From Lama guanicoe (taxonomy: Eukaryota), in the NCBI GenBank assembly GCA_013239625.1, contig MU054400.1, forward strand, positions 3,074,282-3,138,281: DNA of 64,000 nucleotides, given 5' to 3'. This document shows, one piece after another, positions 13,251 through 25,520 of the stretch (its first letter is position 1; every line of letters begins with the position of its first letter). Below the pieces are notes generated by a model that did not search any database, was not told the DNA's origin, and worked only from the letters and a program-made list of their open reading frames with translations. Position numbers and translations under genes: made by a program.

Positions 13251-13589
13251 TAAAGCAGGGGAAGGCTTTTATTCTTTTTTTCCCCTGTGGAAAGATCAGG
13301 TAGCAAATATTTTAGGGTCTCTCTCATGGGAACTTTTCTCTCTGCACCAACCAGCGTTCTAGTTTCGTCATAATGTCCCATCGTTCCAGCAGAATAAAAT
13401 CTACTGTAGGAATAGCTGATGAATTTGTTTATATCAGAGCATGAGAGCCCGCAACACCAAGATTCCTTCTCAGGGATGTGAACCAGAGCCTTGAGATGCA
13501 GGCACGACGTGTTTACAGTGGGATTGCATGGACCAACCAGCATGAAGGGGCATTCTAGACACAGGCTCATTCACGTGCCCCTGACACCA

Positions 13590-13980
13590 CATCAAGGCAA
13601 AGAAATTTAAGTTGGACTCCTTCCACACATCTTATAGCAAAATATATTTTAAATGAATCAAAGAGTGATATTCTTCTTTCTTTAAATTTCTTATTTTTAT
13701 ACAAATTTAAAGGTTATTTCCCATTTATAGTTATTACAGAACATTGGCTGTATTCCCTGTGCTGTGCAACAGGTCCTTGAGCCTCTCTCATACATAATAG
13801 CTTTACCTCATACACCCCCCAAAAATGATATTCTTGAACATAGAAAATTTCATGAACTTTGACACTGCAAAAGTAAATAAGTAAATAATGAAACCAAGGA
13901 AATATGAGAGTGAAAAAAATTTGCACCATAAATGGACAGTCAAAGGGCCTCATTTTCTTAATATATCATGATTTTAAAAT
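13590..13980 (+). mobile_element. Old L1M ORF2 fragment, interrupted by a younger L1 3' end
   Basis: AAGTTGGACTCCTTCCACACATCTTATAGCAAAAT...TGAATCAAAGA resembles the L1 'KLDPYLTPYTKINSKWIK' coding region. Confidence 0.55.
13676..13825 (-). mobile_element. Very short L1 3'UTR insertion
   Basis: ATTGGCTGTATTCCCTGTGCTGTGCAAC L1 3'UTR motif and T-rich tail; perfect TSD TGATATTCTT at 13666-13675 and 13826-13835. Confidence 0.8.
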
Positions 13981-13984
13981 TGCT

Positions 13985-14110
13985 CATGCATTTAACACTT
14001 ATTATCTATCTGCCTCCTCTGTGTCTGGCTTAATTCTGGGCATTGCTCTGGGGCAACAGTGGGCAAGCAAGACGGACAAAGTCCCTGTGTTCTGGAGTGT
14101 GTGTATGAGG
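13985..14110 (-). mobile_element. L2 3' end fragment
   Basis: CTGGGGCAACAGTGGGCAAGCAAGACGGACAAAGTCCCTG antisense L2 motif. Confidence 0.55.
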
Positions 14111-14269
14111 TGTGGGAGGTGTTAGGAAGGGAAACGCCAACAGCCCAATGAACGAAAGCATGGACTCGTAGGTCCTATAAGAAGAAATATAAAAGGTGAT
14201 GGTTTATACAACGATAGATAATGGTATACAGTGGACTTTGATTTTCACTGACCCAATTGGTAATGATAA

Positions 14270-14830
14270 GGCTCAGTCTCCAGGAAGATCTTGGGGAAAA
14301 GGATCTCTCATTACTTGTGGGTGAGAGAATGATTCCATGTGGCTTTTCTAGAGGGCTGTCCGTCAGTGTGTATCAACATCTAAAATCACTTGCCCTTCAC
14401 TCAGCAATCCCACATCTAGGAATTTACCCTCCAGCTACATTCACTCATTTGTACAAAGCCTTTTGTATAAGGATTAGAAATTTAAAACAGTTTGTAACAG
14501 ACAAACACTGGCGACTATTTAATTGCTATTAACAAGGGAACAGTTCATTCAAAAGTGGTGCCTTCAGTCAAAGGAATACAATGCTGCTGTCCCAAAGGAG
14601 CCAGATTTGTATTTGCTGATGTGGAAAGATCTTATTATACTACTAAGCTTGGGGAAAAAAAGGAAAGAAACAAGAAAGAAGAGCCAGGACAGTGGATTGA
14701 GTTGTTCCCATTGTATAAAGTCACACACACACACACAGATTAAGGATACACAGGAACCCTCAATAGTAGTTCTTTTGAATTTGGAGTCTAGGGTGGAAGC
14801 AGACTCTTTTCATTGTATAATTTCCCCTTT
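14270..14830 (+). mobile_element. L1ME-like fragment
   Basis: CAGCAATCCCACATCTAGGAATTTACCC translates as SAIPHLGIYP, followed by a decayed 3'UTR. Confidence 0.65.
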
Positions 14831-15123
14831 AAAAAATTATGTTAGTCTTTTAGTTGAAAAATACTGCTTAACTTCAAAAATACCCAGAGTATGCAGAGTC
14901 TTTAGTAGACCAGCCTTGAACACCGGGATAAGCCCTGAGTTCCCATGAGGGCAGTGCTGGGAAAGAGACCCCCGTGGGGTGGAGCTGCCCCTGCAATTTC
15001 AGAGACGAGGGTCTGGTCCCTCATGGGCCTTGGGGAACCTGCTCTAGAGGTCGTGTCGGCAATTCCTTACATGGAAATACCCACAACATGATTCTCTTCT
15101 GAGCCACCCAGATGGCCTCTGCA

Positions 15124-15316
15124 CGAGGCTCAACAAACCCCTTCTGTAAAGCGTCAAAAAGCAAATGTTTTATGCTTTGGGGCCACCAAGGGTCTTTGTC
15201 ATATATATATATATATATTTCTTTTTTCCCTAACTTCTTTTTAAATACATAAAAAACGTTCTTAGCTCTCCGGCCACATGAAAACAGGCCTGCAGACCGT
15301 AGTGTGCGAACTTCAG
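15124..15316 (+). mobile_element. hAT-Charlie MITE, MER58-like
   Basis: CAAACCCCTTCTGTAAAG..CAAA..GCAAATGTTTTATGCTTTG..GGCCA and terminal AAAACAGGCC..CCGTAGTGTGC match the recalled MER58 ends; internal (AT)n. Confidence 0.7.
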
Positions 15317-16200
15317 CTCCACACAGATTCGCAGTGGGCAGCAGTCAGCAAGGTGACAGGTGCTCTGCGTCGAGGAGATGGGCTTGTGGCCTCTCTCCCT
15401 CAACACGGCCGCTGCGCCGCTGGTACTGGAGGTGAGTGTCCTTCCTGGGCCCCCACAGACTGACCCCACGGGACACGACCCTCTCGGCTCCTCTCACCTG
15501 CTACACCCCTGGTAAGGGAAACGGAATCTTAAGTCTGGGCCTGGGTTCTCAGTCCTCTCGTGAAAGTACCTCCCCATCCTCTCTCTGCCATCTCTCTGTT
15601 CCCCCGTCCCCTCAAGCCCGCAGCCCCCAGGACGTGCTATGTCTGTTTTCAGGGTAAAGTCTCACTTCTCTGTCACTCATAAGTGGTGGTCAGAAATAAT
15701 TGACCTCACTCCTCCCTCTCAAAGGTAGATGCCGGCTCCCTTCTTTTCCGTATCTACCCTCTTGCAGTCAGTGAGGATCTCCCAGTACTGGCCCAGGTCT
15801 CACCTGGATACTAGTTGACTAGTTTTTGGGTGAGTTCTAGCATTTCTGTTCACCTTGAAGATTGGAAGCAGGGCGCTTGGTTAGAAGGCTGCCTCAGTTA
15901 TCCGGGTGAGAGCAGCATTGCTCCATTTGCTCTAAATAGAGCGTAAGAGAGTAATGTGTGCATGTGGACGTTTTATGGAAGAACTATCTGATAATGATAT
16001 ATAGGCACCAGAATAAAAAAAAATTATTTAAAAAAAAATCTGGCCACATCATCAGATTAGGGGAGGAAGGATTTTAGCGTTAGCCTTTGGCAGGAGAAGA
16101 CCGGAGACTCCCACGTCTGATAGAGGAACGTGTTGTTGTGATGGTGAAGAATGACTGAGAACTGGGAGGGAGAGAGATTTGTTTCACTGGGACTGCATGT

Positions 16201-16470
16201 GGGCTGCTTCAGCGGAAAGCAGACGCCTAGGTGCTCTGAGTCCGGGGCAGGTCCGCAGAGGGAAATGGGAGGCGGCAGCGGAGGCTGTGGGAGCCACAGC
16301 CCAGATGCGGCTGCCGTGTGTCCCGGCCAGCTTCCTGCCTGGGACCCGAGCCTGGTGCCGACGGCAGCTGCATGCAGGGAGAGCCGTGAGACCGGCAGCG
16401 GCCGCGTGGCTTCCTTGGGAATCACTGCCACCAGCACCAAATTCCGGTGCCGCTTGGTTCCGGGTCAGCT
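16201..16470. promoter_or_regulatory. Small CpG-rich, GC-rich patch
   Basis: 20 CpGs counted by eye in about 270 bp, including GCGGCCGC at 16398-16405; no repeat recognised. Confidence 0.4.
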
Positions 16471-16749
16471 CCCTGGCATGTTTAGATGAGTTTCACATCA
16501 ATTTCCTCATCCTCAGGCTGAGCGGATTGGGCCGTGCTGAGATCGGGTGGCCTTCCAGCTCAAACGTTCTGCAAGTCTACGATACTAGATTGATACTTCT
16601 CAACTTCAAGCCAGAACTCCAAGCCCAGGTGTTTTCTCCTGCTAATGTTTATTACTCTGTCAGCTTACCATTTTTTAATTCCCCCTTTTCATCAATTCAC
16701 CTAGGAAGAGAAGGAATAGGAGCCAATGAGTCATCTCATACAATTTTTT

Positions 16750-18250
16750 TCTTCATTTGAACAGAAACGTGAACACCTGCTGTGTGGCAACCACAGCCCA
16801 GACCCAGGGGACCCAGCAGTTGAAAATGAGTCATGGTCCTGTTCCTCAAGGGGCTCACAGCGTAGAGTCAGAATCAGACAAGTAAACAACAATGAGCCGT
16901 GTACTGTGAAAGTAGAGGACGCCGTGGAGAACATGGAAAGGGTGCCTCCCCCAGTCTCAGAACATCGAGGAAGGCATTTAAGAGGCAGAGCTGGGAGTGT
17001 TGCAGGCAAGGGGCAGAAGCTCTACAAAGCCGCCAAGAAAAAAGAGAGAAAGGCACATGCTAGGAAATGAAAGAAGTTCCAGATGAATAAGACTAAGAGG
17101 GTGAGGGGAATAGGGTCACAGGTGAGCTGGGAGAGGTGACAAGCAATACCTAAGGGCCATCAAAGGATTTTAAGCAAGGGGGTGACATGACCACATCTGA
17201 ATTTCAGAACGTTGGTTTGGGCTACAGTGCTGAGACTGGCAGCAGGATGCTCTATTAGAAGGCTGCACCAGTTATCCAGCTGAGAGAGGTGATGGGGCAG
17301 GAGGCATGGAGAGGACGGTTGGAGAGATGTATGTTTGAAATGCTGAGTCCATGAGAGGTGGTCCATGACTGGCCACGGAGGGTAAGAGGTGGGGAGGTGT
17401 TGAGGACCGGGCCCGGGTTTCTAGTTCCGGGCAGGTAGTGGTGGCAGGACAAATAGCTGGAGGGGCAGGCAGTGGGGTGGGAGGACAGAGATGATAAATT
17501 TGGTTTGGGGCATCAATTTTGAGGTCTTTGGGAACATCCCCGTGAGATGTTCATTAGGGTCTGAAGCTCAGGTGAAAACTCTGGTCCAGAGACATTAATC
17601 TGGGAATCACAGGGCTTGAGGTCAAGGCAGGAGTTCATGATCATTAAGACAGAGCGTGCAGGGACAGGCCAGCACCGGGAAGGACAGTAGCATTTAAGGA
17701 GCGGCGGAGAAAGAGGACCTTCCAAATGACCCAGGGCGAGCTATGACAGAGGCACGTGAGGGATGGGTGGGGTCAAAGATGCCATGCCAGGAAGGAGGGC
17801 TCCAAGAAGAGCACTGACCAGCCCCAAATGACCTGGAATGGCCATTGCATCCCGCACCAAGGAAGGCTGTGGTGATCTTGGTGCAAATACGAAGAAGCAT
17901 AACGGGGATGAAATCCAGATGACAGTGACTGGGAAGCCGGGGTGAGGAACTGAGTACAGTGCAGAGGTCTCTGTGGAGAAGTCGGGCTGGGAAGGGAGGA
18001 GGGAGACAAAAGCAGACATATCGGCGGAAGCATCACTTTTAAGACGGGAGAGACTTAAGGATGTTGCGATGCAGTTGGGAAGCGGGTCAATGAAGGAAGA
18101 GACTGTGGCTGCAGAGAAAATGCAGGTTAGACAGGTCAGAGGAAACCCCAAGAAGGAGGGCGAGCTTAAGACGGGAGGGCGGATGCCGTGCGAGCCAGGC
18201 ACCCCTCTTTCCTTTAACTGAGCAGAAAGGAGGGGAGGTGCTGGGCATAC
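16750..18250 (-). mobile_element. Long L2 LINE fragment
   Basis: Ordered antisense L2 motifs: TTCATTTGAACAG..CACCTGCTGTGTG, GATTTTAAGCAAGGGGGTGACATGA, GATAAATTTGGTTTGGGGCATC..TTTGAGG, CTGAAGCTCAGG, TGGCCATTGCAT. Confidence 0.75.
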
Positions 18251-18739
18251 AGAGGAACGCAGGATTGGGGGGTTTCTCCTTTAATAGCCACTAATTTCTC
18301 CATGGAGTCCTGCTGTGCCCTTGTTTGCGCTCTTACTTGTACTCAGAAAGCTCCGCTCTCTCGCTTCACAAAAACCCAACCCATTGATGAGACCCAGGCA
18401 CTCACAGTGCCATCAGCTTCTCTTCGGTTCCGCACAGTTAGACTTACCCTACTTTCTTCATCTCTAAAGATGACCTGTGCCTTTAGGCCATCTTTCTTCC
18501 ACCAGGTTGGGTGTTCCTTAGGGGCAAGAACTAGGCCATGTGATTGTTAACGCTTCCCACTGTGTTGGGACAGAGCAGATCCTCCCGAAAGACTTTGTGA
18601 TTCACTCGCTCAAAATTGGAAAAAAAAAAAATGTTGGACCTGACATTGAGCAAGATTGCCTTCGCCCTAACCTCTGAGAATAAGGAATGGAGAACGCAAG
18701 AGCCGTCACTTCAGGCAGCAGAAGGGGGGTGTAGACCAG

Positions 18740-18900
18740 GGGCTCTGGAGACAGAGGATGGAGTTAAAAGGCTGGACCATGACATTTATTAGCTATTTGG
18801 TGCTGGGCAAGCCAGTTAACAATCCTGGGTCTCCGTTTCCCTTTCTCTAAACTGGAGTTGATGTTATAAACTCACCGGGGATGAAGAATGTTAAGTATCC
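18740..18900 (+). mobile_element. MIR SINE
   Basis: GCTCTGGAGACAGA...CTGGGCAAGCCAGTTAAC...TCCGTTTCCCTTTCTCTAAACTGGAG. Confidence 0.65.
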
Positions 18901-19039
18901 TTGTTGCTTCAAACATGTTAAATCAGGATTTAGGTCTTGCAACCTAAAACATCCCAACACATGGAATTCCAGGGTAGGAAATTTACACTGAAGACAGGAG
19001 GACGGGTAGTGACTTTCAAGGCTGTCGAGGGATCAGTTT

Positions 19040-19395
19040 TTACGTGGGATATGATTATGTGATAGTGTGTACTGTGTGACGTGCGATATGTGATGTGATC
19101 CCAGGATAGCATGAACTGTGTGATATGCAGTAACATGTGATGTGATGTGTACTGTGGGAGGTGTGCTGTCGGGTAGCATGGAATGTGACTGTGTGCTGGC
19201 TTGTACCAGGTGACGTGTGATATGTGATGATAGTACCCTGTGTGATTGTGTGATACGTGAACATGATGACAGGATGTGACGTGATCGTGTGGCAGTGTGT
19301 GCTGTGTGACATGCAGGATACAATGACAGGATGTGACATGATCGTGTGGGACGTGCACTGTGCCACGTGCGAGCATGATAACGTGGCATGTGACT
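19040..19395. repeat. Degenerate low-complexity tandem repeat (TGTGA/CGTGA/CATGA-like units)
   Basis: Recurrent TGTGAT/GTGAC/CATG words; 27-bp direct repeat at 19266-19292 and 19323-19349 (1 mismatch). Confidence 0.85.
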
Positions 19396-20367
19396 GCGGA
19401 CTCGCTCTGGGAAGATTCACCCAGCAGCACAGGGTAGTTCGGAAGGGGAAGCAGAAGGCAGGAGACAGAGGGGCCTGTTAAAGGCTGCTTGCTGGCCCAG
19501 GTGCACAGTGTAGGGATTGGCAAGGGGGGCAGATAGGAGAGATGGGACAGCATTGGCCACCTGGATGTCCCGCAGGCAGCTCAGCCTAACCTGGCTGTAA
19601 CTGAAGTCCCTGTCCTCCTCCTGTGTCCCCACACAGGTGGCGGCACAGTCCAGCTGCCCAAGCAGGAGGCTCTGAGTCATCTCACCGCTGGACTTTCCCG
19701 CTCAGTCCGCCACACCACGTACTTGGCCACCAAGGGCTGTATCAGCGTCAAGAGGCTTCTGATTTCCAGCCTCGTCTGTTTTCCTAGGGTTCCCTGAGCA
19801 TCACAGGCCACATGGGTTGCTGACACTGCCAAGAGGGGAAGGAAGGCCAAGGGCACACCCTCGGTGACATCTCGGGAAGAGGAGGAGGAAGAGGCGCGGT
19901 CAGAGAAGTGGAAAAGAAAATTGGATCAGAAACCAAGGAACGACAAAGTGTAAAGGAGGCCGCTTAGCAATATCCAACCCAACAGAGATGCCAAGGAGGG
20001 TGAGGGGTAGAAGAAAAAGTACTTTCCACAGTTGGAGCGGCTGCTGACTTCCCCACCCATGACAAGGGAGGGAAAGGCTGTGTTTCCGTAATGCTGAGAT
20101 TCAGGATGCAAAGGCAAAACTCCATACAAATTATCTTTTTTGGCATTCCACAGATGAGGAAAAATAAAGGGCAAGTTACTGAATTCAAACTTCAGGAGAC
20201 AGAAAGCAGAACCCTTAATTCAAACGCGCACAGCAGGTGTACATTTCTGCAGTCAACAAACACAGGTGTGGAAAACAAATGTAATTTGCTTTGTTTTCCT
20301 ACAAGGGAACCTAGCTTCTGTCTCGTGTTTCCTTTTCATTTGAAAGCTTAATATAAAATATTCCATG

Positions 20368-20825
20368 TAGAATGGTGTCACCAGTATGGAAAACCATATG
20401 GTGAGTCCTCAAAAAATTAAAGATGGAATCACCATGTGATCCAGGAATTCCACTTCTGGGTTGGTACCCAAAGGAATGGAAAGCAAGACCTCAAAGGAGA
20501 TTTGTAGGCCCAAGTTTAGGACAGCATTCATTCACAATAACCAAAGTGTGGAAGAAATTCAAATTGTCGTGGGGGAAATGAATAAACAAATGTGGTATAT
20601 CCATATAATGTAATATTATTCAGCACTGAAAAAGGAGGAAACCCCTCACGCGTGCTACAACATCCAAGATGAATCTCGTGAAATGCTAAGTGAAATGAGC
20701 CAGACACAAAAGGACAAACACCGTATGATTCCATGCATATGAGCTGCATGAGGTAGTCAGATTGATAAAGACAGAACGTGGAGGGGCTGGGCAGAGGCAG
20801 GATGGGGACTTAGTGTTTCATGAGG
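20368..20825 (+). mobile_element. L1MB-like ORF2-end/3'UTR fragment
   Basis: TATGGAAAACCATATGG..CCTCAAAAAATTAAA..TGATCCAGGAATTCCACTTCTGGG..TGCTAAGTGAAATGAGCCAGACACAAAAGGACAAA. Confidence 0.85.
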
Positions 20826-20964
20826 GCATCTGCTGAGAGATGTCACCCAATGACCTCGTCCCACTAGACTCTCAGACTTCTGAGGGTTCCCAGCCAGGGG
20901 GTCCCTGCCAGTTTCTGCTGTAGGACTGCTTGCTGTGACCAAGACTTCCCTTTACATCAGTCAG

Positions 20965-21440
20965 CTTTTGATGGACACGCTGGTTGTTTCCAAAACTGAG
21001 GATCACACGTGGTACTTCTGTGAACATCCTTGCACATGATCGTGGTGAACATACCTTTGCATGTCTGTTGGACGTATACCTAAACGTGCAACTATTCAGC
21101 CATAGGTCCGCATACATTCAGATTTAGCAAATACTGCCGCACAGTTTTCCAACTGGTTTACCAATTGTGGTTTCCACCAGCAGGGCACAAGAGCTGTGAT
21201 TGTTCCACCAATACTCAATGGTTTTTGCCTTTTTCATTTGAATCATTCTGGTGGGGGTGTTCAATGCCTTGTGGTGTTAGCTTTGCATTTCCCTGATGAC
21301 TCAGGATGTTGCGTATCTTTTCATGAGTTTATTTACCACTTGGAAACCTTCCTCTGTAAATGTCTGTTCAAGTCTTTTCTTCTTCTTTCTACTGGTTTTC
21401 TTGCTTTTTTATTGATTAGTAGGATTTCTATATAAGTATT
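20965..21440 (-). mobile_element. Old L1M ORF2 fragment
   Basis: ATGGACAC..GGTTGTTTCCA, TTTGCATTTCCCTGATGACT, and TGTCTGTTCAAGTCTTT (KDLNRH on minus). Confidence 0.8.
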
Positions 21441-21505
21441 ATATATAATAATATACAGAATACAGTTTATATAATTGTAGTTATATTGTATAAATACATA
21501 TGTAT

Positions 21506-21665
21506 AGAGTCGAGCCTTGAACAACATAGGGATTAGGGGGCGCTGACCCTCTGAGTGTCGAAAATCTCATATGTGATGGATAGTTGGCCCTCCGTATCCA
21601 TGGTTTCTCTGTATTTATGGTTCACATCTGCAGATTTAACCAACCAAGGATCGCGTAGTACTGTA
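21506..21665 (+). mobile_element. Tigger-family MITE fragment (MER8/Tigger2a-like)
   Basis: CCTTGAACAACATAGGGATTAGGGGGCGCTGACCC..GTCGAAAATC..GGCCCTCCGTATCC..AACCAACC..GGATCGCGTAGTACTGTA. Confidence 0.75.
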
Positions 21666-22149
21666 TGTGTATGTGCGTATGTGTGCATATGTATAAAAGC
21701 AATATATCAGTCAAATAAAACACATCTGGAAGGTAGCTCTGCGCCTCAGACGACTGATTTTGGTCCATTCTAAACTGTTCTGTTTTGAGCTCTGTTTCTT
21801 ATTCATCTTTTTCTTATCTATGGTGACTGGCACTGCGATCTACGCCTGCACCAAATACTTTTTTATTTCACTGCCAATGAACAGTAAAGGCTTTTTCCAA
21901 TACACTGCTTAAGCCTTTGTATTTTCTAGAATCCCCACGTGGAGGTTTAATAACTCCAAGTTTCCTTTACCCCGGATGGAATTCATTGAGAGAAGAGTGA
22001 CCTCAAATTGAATCAGATTCAATTCATTAAGTGCTGGCTGCTTAGAGATACCCCATCAGGAGGGAGCAGAAACTGTAAGTAAAAACAAAGGAGGGAAATG
22101 TCTCCAAAACCCTGTTAACTGAACAGCCTGAGTATGTGGGGCTACATGT

Positions 22150-22335
22150 TTTTGCTGCTGCTTTTGCTCCAGCACTTTGGTTCTGGAGCTGGCCTCTGAC
22201 ACTGGCTTCTGGGAGTTTCAGCTCTGTGATCTTAGCTCGTGGACTTCCGTGGCATTTCATGTTTGTCTCCCTAAAATAAATTCTTCTCTGGGGCTGGCTT
22301 GAGTGTGCTGCTGTTGCCTGCAACCAGAACTAGAT
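22150..22335 (+). mobile_element. MaLR (MLT1-like) LTR 3' fragment
   Basis: AATAAATTC..GCTTGAGT..CTGTTGCCTGCAACCA resembles the MLT1 LTR end. Confidence 0.4.
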
Positions 22336-24239
22336 CAGTGGCTTCTTCAAGTGTCAGCTCAGTAGAGTTCCTTCCACCGTGGACTACCACTCTGGTGCTA
22401 CCCAAAGTGCCAGTCCAACAGACAAGAAACTCACACCAGAGTGTGAATCAACACACTGCTTCCTTCAAGAAAGTCTCCTTGCGAATTTCAGCTGAACCAA
22501 AAAGTCCGCTTGATGACATATTGGATTTACATGCCCTTGCAAGTTCTTTGTCTTGTTAACAGCAACCAACATGTGAGGACTGGCAGCCGGTCCACAGACC
22601 TCACTTAAAGTAGCCTTGCCTCAAGGCTCCCCCAGGGACAGGGACTTCTGAGGGAAAGATTAGCTTCTTTCTCTCGCTTCTGCTTCCTCACAGAAGGCAA
22701 AAACAGAACAGGAGACGGGAAAGTTTTTGCATCAGAAGGATGCTTCTAGTCTGCACAGAATATACCATTTTCTTTTTAATCATAAGGGAATAATTTTTCT
22801 CCACTTAACCATCAGTTTTGCCCTTTGAAGTCAGATCTTGTGCTAAGTCCAATTTGCACGGAATGATCCTCTAGGAAACTTTCTAATCACTCACAGGATT
22901 GGCCTGTTTCTAATGCAGCCCTGCCCTGGTCCCTGAAGTGAATCACATGCACTTATTTCATACATTTTCCAGAGGAAAACTTGAAAAAATAATTGAAAAA
23001 TCAGATTAACAAGAATTTAAACAGAAACATGACATGGCTTTGCCGTGCTCTCTCTTCCTGGGGCAGGGGGCAGACATGTCTGGGTGTAATTTTGAAATTG
23101 GGACATTGCTTTAAGGTTAAAGGAAGGCGCTTTCTGTCTGCTTGGAAATTCTGCTGAAGTCTTTCACAACAGTGTGCTGTCAGGCGCCTCAAGGCATCTG
23201 CTACAGACAGGACTTTTTTTTTTTTTTTTTTTTTTTGGTCCAAATGAAACCAGGAAACCAGGGTTGGAAATGGCAGCAAGTTGATTAAAAAAGTATTTAA
23301 GTGAGATCTTCCAGGGTTCATAATGCCGTATTGGGCATATACACGTGAAGGAAGAGATTACATTCACTACAGGGATTCGAAACAAGGAGAAAAAAAATAT
23401 ATACCAGGTGGAAAAAAAAACCAAAACCTAAACCACCAAATGAGACAGAAACTATATCAATGCCAAAAATATGTTTTCTTCAAAGCCTGAAAATAGATGT
23501 GCCGACTTCTCTAGGAAACATGTATTTTAAACTGTTGGAAAACATAAAAGCAAACCTAAAAGTAGTAAGGGGCCGCGTGTGAGAAATGAAGCAAGCATTT
23601 TTTGTGGATTTATTAAACAGCTCTGCGCTTCCAAATGCTTCATGAAAGTCGCCGTTATTAATTAAAAGTAAGCGTACCACCGTAAAGTAGAACAAAGAGG
23701 AATGCCCGAATTCCCAATACACACTTGGAAAGAGGAAACTGTGCCCCTCGCCAGTTCCGACTCGCGCCACACCAGGATCCTCCTGCTCCCAGCTTCCCTA
23801 TGTACATGCATTTTTATATAGTATCTGCCTTCCTCATAGGAAGATAGAGGATGAGACTCAAAGATAAAATATCCATCTGTTTACTCATTCGATAAGCTTT
23901 CACAGAGGACTTATCTATGCCACACAGTATTTTAGGTACCGCAGGCTCTTTAATGAGCAGATGAAGCAGGTCCCAGGTCCTGTGGGGCTTACGTTGTGGT
24001 TTGATCATGCAGGGGCCAAATGGACATGTGGACATACCAGTCTAAGGACGGCTGCTCACCTTCCACCCGCTCTTGGTTTGCCAGATTCTTGATTGATTTC
24101 AAGTGGGGACCACCTGGTTCAGCTTTATCTCTGTAAAGCATCCACCCAGGCTGTGCTTAAAGTGTTCTATCAAGAACTCGATGTCATCTCATACTCAAGC
24201 CCTTGTCTGCCATTTTTTTTTTTGCCTTTTTTCCTCCTC

Positions 24240-24640
24240 TATATGCCTTTATCCTTGGTGTTCCAAAATTTCACAATGATGTTTCCGAGTGTGCATCTTT
24301 TATCATTCGTTGGTCTGGGTTGAAGCCTTTCTAACAAGGAGACGTGTCTTTGAGGTCATAGAATTTTTCCAGTATAATTTATTTAACAAATTACGTCCCT
24401 TCTCTGTCTGTGGTTTTTTTTTTTTAATTTCTATGATTTCTGATATTCTGATTTAGATCTTTCTTCTGGTCTTATTCTCTAAATTTACACTTTTTCTGTC
24501 ATATTTTTATGTCACTGGTTTTGGATTTATCTTCTTGAAGATTGTCCAGACTTTATATTTCAAGACTTTCACAAAATTTTAATTCAATCTAGTTTAACTT
24601 CAGAAATCATCTTATTCTTGTTCTATTCTGCTGGTGTTCT
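24240..24640 (-). mobile_element. Old L1ME-like fragment
   Basis: T-rich TTTATCCTTGGTGTTCCAAAATTTCACAATGATGT, typical of antisense old L1. Confidence 0.5.
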
Positions 24641-24691
24641 ATCTTGTTTTATTAGCAAATAGAGCAGGCTACTTAGCAGGACTAAAAGGAC

Positions 24692-25115
24692 AATGGGCCA
24701 GGATTAATGTGGAGTAAATGAGGCAAAGTATTTTCTCCTCCAGTGTCCAATTAAAGGTGACCCCCAAAACTCAGCAATCAAGACAAATAATTTCCTAACA
24801 TGGTATTTTATCAAAATCAGTGTAAAAATGTATGACTAGCAAAATATCAACCATTTCAATATAATGCCTGAAATGGTGATGTGCCGAGCCACACTGCAGC
24901 CAAAGTCAAAAGGAAACACCAGTAATACTGAACCTGTCTTTATTTAAAATTTTTATATTTTGTTCATTATGCATTTTTTTTGCATTAAAATTGATTTTTT
25001 AAAAAATATTGCATTATTATTTATCATGACCACTGGGCTTTTCAGCGTTTTTAAAATTTAGGGCTCAAGATACGAACTTCACCTGGCTCGTCTGTTTCAC
25101 CCCACTCCCAGCCCT
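24692..25115. mobile_element. hAT MITE, MER96B-like (palindromic)
   Basis: Inverted arms AAAACTCAGCAATCAAGACAAATAAT / ATTATTTATCATGACCACTGGGCTTTT; central GCCGAGCC..CAAAAGGAAA..CAGTAATACTGA; terminal CCCAGCCCTG. Confidence 0.75.
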
Positions 25116-25176
25116 GAATGATCACGACTGTGTGATTTCATAGCAGCAGAAGCTTCCCTTTCACGTACCAGTTGAT

Positions 25177-25520
25177 CGGAATATGATTCAGTCATAAAAA
25201 GGAATGAAGTGCTGACACATCTCACTGTAGGACTGAACTTGGATAACATGACGATAAGTGAGAAAAGCAGATGTTAAGGTCATATGTTGTGATTCCATTT
25301 ATACAAAACATCTAGGACAAGGAAACCCACAGAGACACAGTAGACTAGTGGTTGCCTGGGACTAGGGAGAGGAGGAGTGGAGGGTGGCTACTCATAGGTA
25401 CGTGGTTTCCTTCGAAGGTGATTAGAATGTGCTGTAGCTAGATAGTGGTGATGGCTGCATGATACCGTGAATGTACCAAACGTCACTAATGGTAAATTCT
25501 ATGTTATTTGTATTTTGTAA
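25177..25520 (+). mobile_element. L1MB-like 3'UTR
   Basis: CATAAAAAGGAATGAAGTGCTGACACAT..GATTCCATTTATAC..TAGTGGTTGCCTGGG..GATAGTGGTGATGGCTGCA. Confidence 0.8.

Noticed and set aside
18930..19553. 207-aa His-rich ORF (longest in the window) and overlapping ORFs
   Set aside because: A by-product of the TCACA-type low-complexity tract; several frames are open and no domain is recognisable
20368..21440. Inverted L1 pair as a twin-priming product or dsRNA source
   Set aside because: The fragments overlap in L1 coordinates, appear to differ in age and divergence, and are separated by unrelated DNA; they are independent old insertions
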